DNA of 63,424 bases, the filler included, from Folioceros fuciformis (lineage: Eukaryota): the NCBI GenBank assembly GCA_049999805.1. It is 5 parts of 5 records of this genome, joined end to end, with 100 filler letters (N's around TTAATTAATTAA, not from the genome) between each part and the next. Parts side by side here need not be neighbours in the genome. Positions count along the whole stretch, not along the records: positions 54,345 to 58,502 come from JBNGIO010001455.1; positions 58,603 to 63,424 come from JBNGIO010001459.1; 3 more parts are not named here. One strand, written 5' to 3'. The notes below the pieces were generated by a model. That model searched no databases and was not told the origin of the DNA. It saw nothing but the letters and a program-made list of their open reading frames with translations. Of the stretch, positions 57,651-63,424 are shown one piece after another; positions within the stretch are counted from its first letter, which is position 1; every line of letters starts with the position of its first letter. The translations under genes were made by a program, and so were the position numbers.

Positions 57651-58502
57651 TTGCATTCTTAAGAGGCAACACCATAAATTTGCAAGGGGGGGAATGCCGT
57701 GTCCCCTTTTAAAGGGCATAGACCTTCTTGACCAAATTGACACCTTGCACAAATCAGGAAAATCAATTGGTTTCTATCAAGTCAATGGTCTCTTACATGG
57801 AAACCCTCAGCCTGAACCCATAATTTCTTTGAAGGCAATGGCTTGTGACGGGTAAGGGTGCCAACCCACCGGTGCCCTCTTCCCATGGAGGACCATAACA
57901 ATAACTCTAGGTTTACACATGGGCTCCGCATGTTTTTTGTTAAACGACAGTCAGAAGATATGTCACTGAATAGCTCATGCTCACAATACAACACAGCTAA
58001 CTATTCCAGCCTAGACTATGCTTTGACTTTAAACCTCTCCACCATCTTTTGCAACTTCGGAGTCAAACACAACAGCAACTTCCCGCAATCTCGTTTCTTC
58101 CTAAACTTCAAAGTTATCCACTTCCTCTAGTGCCTTCTCATCCACTCGTGACTCTTCCACGGCCTCTTGATCGGATACATGCCCCTCCCACACCCACTCC
58201 AGAGTTTTCTATCCCGACTCCAAGTCTTTGCTCGTCTTTTGACTCCGCCTCTTAAAGGTCAGCGAAAACATGCTGAATGTGAACAAGCGTTTTTTAGAAT
58301 GATGTTCGAAGGGGCTACCTCTTCGAACATCATTTCAGTACCCCTTTTGGCCTTTGACGTTGCTTGGGTTATTCCTCCAATGTTTGAAGTAGATGGGACT
58401 TTCTATTTGTTTTTCAATAATAGAAAATACATGTTTTGATAGACGGAATGTTGTCACAATGATTTGTTCTTCTTTATCATATTATGATACAAAATATGGA
58501 AC

Positions 58503-58602
58503 NNNNNNNNNNNNNNNNNNNNNNNNNNNNNNNNNNNNNNNNNNNNTTAATTAATTAANNNNNNNNNNNNNNNNNNNNNNNNNNNNNNNNNNNNNNNNNN
58601 NN
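58503..58602. other. Assembly spacer
   Basis: N-run with TTAATTAATTAA. Confidence 0.98.
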
Positions 58603-61600
58603 GGGTGGCGTGGTGCAGGGACAGGAACAGGGGCATGGACTTGCACAGAAAAGTGCAGATTTGCAGGTGCAGGCATTATTGCAGTTTAAGCTCGGGGTGA
58701 CTCGGGACCCGCTGCAGGCCCTCAGGAGCTGGCAAGGAACCAATTCCTGCTCCTGGTTCGGGGTAACTTGCGACACCCTCAATTCCCAGGTTCTCAAGGT
58801 GAACCTCACCGGCCTGCAGCTGGGGGGCAGCTTTGACGATGCTATCTGCGGGCTGCCCTTCCTCAGCTCGCTAGATTTGAGCGGCAACAATTTTTCAGGG
58901 AGCATTCCGGCGGGGCTGTCAAGCTGCACGTCTCTGCAGACTCTGGTGCTGCACTCCAACGAACTTAGCGGGGGCATACCCCCCACGCTGGGCCTGCTGC
59001 CCTCTCTGCAGCTTCTGTCCTTGTCTGACAACCGCTTGGGGGGAAGCGTTCCTGCGGAGCTAGGTTTTCTGACGGACCATCTCTCCCTCCTGTATCTGGA
59101 CGGGAACCTGCTCAATGGCAGCATTCCGGATTCGCTGAGTAATTGCAGTCGGTTGGTGGATCTCCGGCTGAGCAGGAACCGTCTCACCGGCCCTGTGCCG
59201 GACAGTTTTGGCACTCTCAACGTTTTGCAGTCGTTGCGTCTGTCCGCCAATCTGCTATCCGGGAGCATTCCTCCGGCTCTCGGGAACTGCTCCCAGCTCT
59301 TGCTGCTGGACCTTGCTTCCAATCAGCTCACTGGTGGAGTGCCGGAGGACTTGGGAAGGCTGGCTTTCCTACAGAGGCTTTACCTGCAGAACAACAGGCT
59401 CACTGGGCCCTTTCCTCATTCCATCACCAACTCCTCCTTTCTCATAGAAGTTGTAGCCTCGGAGAACATGCTGAGCGGGCCCATCCCGGTGGACATTGGG
59501 AGACTGTTGCAGCTTCAGACCTTGGAGCTCTCTAGGAATAATCTGACAGGAGGCATCCCTGTGTCTCTACTGGGGTGCCTTCAGATGTCAGTTTTGGATT
59601 TATCTTTCAATCCGCTTGGGGGCCAGATTCCGGTGGACATCGGTTCCAGGCTTAAACAGTTGACGTATCTGAGCATGGCTGCATGTAACCTAAATGGGAG
59701 CTTCCCATCGTCTCTGTCGAATTGCTCCCAGTTACGAGTCCTGGACCTGTCCTGCAACTCCTTTTCTCCTGGCCTGATCTCGGACAGCTTTGCGCAAAAT
59801 TTGGCGGCTTTGCAGCTCGTCAACCTCAGCTTCAGTCAACTGCAGGGAGGCGTGCCTTCAAGCTTCGGGACGTGCCTGAACCTTGAGGCTCTTGACCTGG
59901 GCCACAACTTTCTGACCGGCCCCATCCCTGCGCAACTCGGAGACGCTACTTTCTTGAAAAATCTGGTCCTGGCCAACAACTTTCTGGAGGGGCCCATACC
60001 TTCTACGCTTTCTCAGCTCGCCAATCTGCGGGAGCTCCATTTGCAGGGGAACATGCTGAATGGTACCATCCCAGATCTGTCCAGGTGCAGGCAGCTTAGC
60101 ATCTTGGACTTGCAGTTCAATAGCCTCAGTGGATCTTTTCCGGCTTCCTTGGGTCTGGTGTCCAGTATGACGAGGTTGCATCTTGCGGGAAACCAGTTGT
60201 CTGGAGGCATTCCTGCAAGTCTAGGTAATCTCTTCCTCATCCAGGACCTCGATCTGTCGAACAACCTTCTTTCAGGAAGTATTCCGGCCCAGGTTGCCGG
60301 TCTGGCCACTCTGGTCTTTGGATTCAACCTGTCTCACAACTTGCTCTCCGGTCCCATTCCTCAACAACTGGGAAACCTCACTCTTGTCTCTACCATCGAC
60401 CTCTCTTCCAATGCCCTTACCGGAGGAGTTCCTCCGGCGTTAAATGGCTGCTTGTCTTTGCAGTCTCTCACGCTCTCTAACAACCCCACACTTGGTGGGC
60501 CCCTCCCTTCCTCTCTTGGAGTCCTCTATAAGCTCCAATCTCTTGCAGTGTCTAACTGCTCGTTGAATGGGAGCATTCCCTTGGAGTTGGGAACGTCAAG
60601 TTCACAACTTCAGAGTCTGGATCTGTCGTATAACAGCCTTTCTGGACCCATTCCTGCCTCTCTTGCTGATCTCCGTTTCCTCTCCCATCTCAACCTATCT
60701 TTCAACAGTTTGGAGGGTGAGATTCCCCTACTGTTGCAAAATAATCCTGGCATATCCAGTGCCTCCTTCTACAGAAACCCTGGCCTCTGTGGAGCCATTC
60801 TTGGAAGCCCCTGTGGACAAGCCTCGTCTGTGAGCTCTGGTAAACCGTACAGTAAGAAAAGTCATGACCGTGGGCTGGCAGCGGGAATCTCGGTGTCCGT
60901 CTTCGTTCTGGTTATTGTTTTGGGTTTGCTTGTATGGCGATTCTGTTGTCATGGCCGAGGGAATGAATCTGCCGATCCGACTGGCCCAGACTGCCAGCGA
61001 CTTCTGTTCAGGAGTCCCTTTAAACATGCAACTCCATTCAGGTACACAGAGGAAGAGCTGAAGATCGCAACTGAAGGCTTCAGCGAAAGCAACTTGCTCG
61101 GCAATGGTGGAGTTGGCACAGTGCACAGGGGAGTACTCAAGAGCGGAAGGGCGGTGGCTGTGAAGAGAATGAAATGCGACGACAGCAGCAAGAAACTGGA
61201 GAGGAATTTCAGGGTGGAGGTGGAAAGACTCACCAACGTCCGGCACCAGAACCTGGTGCGGGTTTTAGGATCATGCGCCAGTAGCCAGAACTGGAGGTAC
61301 CTGGTGCTGGAATATGCAGAGAAAGGGTCTCTGGAGAAAATGCTGTACCCCACGGAAAGCTCGGTGCAAGGGTGTACCATGGACTGGGACTTCAGGATCG
61401 ACACCTTGATTGGAATAGCCCAGGCACTTGCATTCCTACACCACGAATGCTTCGAGCAGATTGTGTATGGCAACCTTAAGCCCTCCAACATTTTATTTGA
61501 TGGTGATCTGCAACCCCAACTAGTGGACTTCGGGATCACCAGGCTTTTACACGGCTCCAACACCATCACACCTGCCAACATCAAGACTTCTGCTGGCTAT

Positions 61601-62183
61601 ATTGCTCCAGGTTTGCCTCCCCTCATCCAGACGTCATGGACCAATTCAGGTCAACGAGCAGGCTAGCCAGTGTTAATATCTTCGACTGGACTTTGTGGTC
61701 TTTGCAGAGTACTCACTGGGCTCTACCCCGGTATCACCTTCCGGAGATGTTTTCAGCTTCGGGGTCATCATCCTGGAAATGCTAACACAAAAAAAACCGT
61801 CAAGTGACTTCTTCCGAGGAGGCAACGAGAGTCTTCCTGCTTGGGTGCGATCCTCCTACCCCCACCAGGTGTTGGAGATCCTGGCTCCTTTCCTTCTCGC
61901 AAACCTGGACACCATTGCAGGAACCAGAGAAGCGGCCCGCAAAGCTGTAAGCCTGGTAGCCCAAGTAGGCCTCCTATGCACAAACGAGACGGTGGCCTCC
62001 CGGCCTACCATGTACACCGTTGTGGGCATGCTCCAACACATCAAAGCCGGAGTAGACAAGACTTTCGGAAGCTTCAGGTCCAGCAGATCGTCAGGCTTCT
62101 ACGACGCCTTGTCCAGAAACAACTCTGTGTCATCTCAGGTGTCCTCTTCAGCAGATGAGGGCAAGGAACAACGACCCCTGTAA
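58603..62183 (+). CDS. LRR receptor-like kinase (LRR-XII/FLS2-EFR-like architecture), probable pseudokinase; 5' end cut by the gap; intron 61611-61707
   Basis: About 26 plant-type LRRs, an NPGLCG cap and a TM helix; kinase with VAVK, IVYGNLKPSNIL, DFG, GYIAP|EY. Confidence 0.93.
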
Positions 62184-62459
62184 GCTCAAATCACGCCCAG
62201 TCTGTTTCCATGCCCTCCTCAGCTCCGTGTGCAATGTTTCTAATAGCAGAAATCTGTCCTGCCTGTCCAGCACCGAGTCCATCCAACCATAGCCGAATAT
62301 ATACACTCTTATATTCTTGCGGAAATCTCGAATTCCAAAGAAGCACTCGGTGTAAGGCCACAGTCGCCTATATATGTGACCCTACCCCATATCCTAAAAC
62401 CCAGTCCTTCGTGCTCTCAAGTACAAACTTTGGAGGGGCTCAGGCCAGCTACCGGCGCT

Positions 62460-62876
62460 ATGGGGCGGTTGTCCAAGGCGGTGCAGCGTCTCGGGTTCGG
62501 CTGTCTCCGGAGCCTTTCGTCCTTGAGCTTCTCCTCTTGGAATTCCGCCCCGGACCTATGCTTGTTCGCGGATTCGGAAGACGAGGAGCAAGAGGAGAGC
62601 GTCGACGAGCTTGAAGATGTGCCAGTGGGTTGCCTAGCCGTGGATGTTCAGGGGGCGCGGTTCGTGGTTCCTCTCAAGTTTTTGAACCACGTCCTGTTCA
62701 AGGTTCTGTTGAGCAGCTCGGCAACCGAGTTCGGTTACCACCAGCCTGGGCTATTGAAGATCCCGTGCTCGGTTGAGCTCTTTGCGCAGTTCCTCATCCT
62801 CATGGAAAACAAGCCGACGCACGAACTTGTGAAGCGTATCTATCGTTGGCAAAGCAACCACAGTGGTTCCGAATGA
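62460..62876 (+). CDS. SAUR (small auxin-up RNA) family protein
   Basis: DVPVGCLAVDV...RFVVPLKFLNHVLFKVLL...EFGY...GLLKIPC; intronless. Confidence 0.9.
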   Translation: MGRLSKAVQRLGFGCLRSLSSLSFSSWNSAPDLCLFADSEDEEQEESVDELEDVPVGCLAVDVQGARFVVPLKFLNHVLFKVLLSSSATEFGYHQPGLLKIPCSVELFAQFLILMENKPTHELVKRIYRWQSNHSGSE

Positions 62877-63424
62877 ATATCACCCGCGTTTATACCGCAG
62901 ACAGATCTAACCACGATGACACTATGGTGATGTTATAGACCTGTGAGTCTGTGGGATTAGCGGGTGCTCACCACCCAAAGTTCGTGTTGTTTTGTAAGGT
63001 GCCGGGTGATTAGCGTGTGTGAAGGAGGTGGATATGTGTAAAATCCTAGAATTGTTCTTAGGTTATGGTCCTCTATAGTTTGTGAAGAGACCTTTATGTA
63101 AAGATTCCCATCTTTTGTTATGAAAGAGTAAGAACTTCGATACCTGAAATAACAACACCACATAGATATCCAGTGAGCTAGAGTGTATGTCCAGGTTGCA
63201 AAGTAAAAGTTATACTCTCTATCTACTTCTAAAAATCTAAAAATGTCATGGATAGTTTGAGGAAAGCATTGCAAAAGCGAAAGCATTGACTTGTGGAGAG
63301 AAGAACACAAGATTTCTTACAAGAAGTGGCCCATGGACTTCCTCATGGAAGAACTCGTTACAAGATGCCATGCCATGGGCTTGTTCGGAAAGATAGATTA
63401 TTAGAAGATTGCATAGAGGAAGTC

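Noticed and set aside
57780-58260. Possible LINE endonuclease fragment (SSLDYAL)
   Set aside because: A single weak motif is not enough for a call.
62957-63310. 117-aa minus-strand ORF at the window end
   Set aside because: AT-rich with no recognisable domain. It may be a TE fragment, but a call is not supportable.

Overview
A gene-dense, intron-rich nuclear region from a land plant, probably seed-free. The DYW:KP-type PPR gene and the compact, roughly half-GC gene space point to a hornwort; that taxon call is inference. The window is five contigs joined by artificial 100-nt N/TTAATTAATTAA spacers. About 20 protein-coding genes are present: CSN1, a BBX18/19-like B-box protein, phospholipase D, ARFC1/ARL5, an uncharacterised conserved protein, mitochondrial bL31, two serine carboxypeptidase-like (SCPL) paralogues flanking an EMB2737-like gene, RPN9, presenilin, a class-3 lipase, a PLS-PPR-DYW protein, an L-2-hydroxyglutarate dehydrogenase-like gene, two tandem type-I DnaJ genes, a RING-H2 protein, a tubby-like F-box protein, a kelch-guanylate kinase, an LRR receptor-like kinase and a SAUR. 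Decayed copia, gypsy-like and LINE remnants lie near the gaps. Most notable: (1) a probably mitochondrial PPR protein with a DYW:KP domain, a candidate U-to-C RNA editing factor; (2) a guanylate kinase domain that appears inserted inside a complete 4+2-blade kelch propeller; (3) an animal/bacterial-type LhgO with two conserved basic residues replaced; (4) two probable pseudo-enzymes, an SCPL with Ser->Asp at the nucleophile and an LRR-RLK with HCD->YGN. All gene models and family calls were made by eye; no database searches were run.
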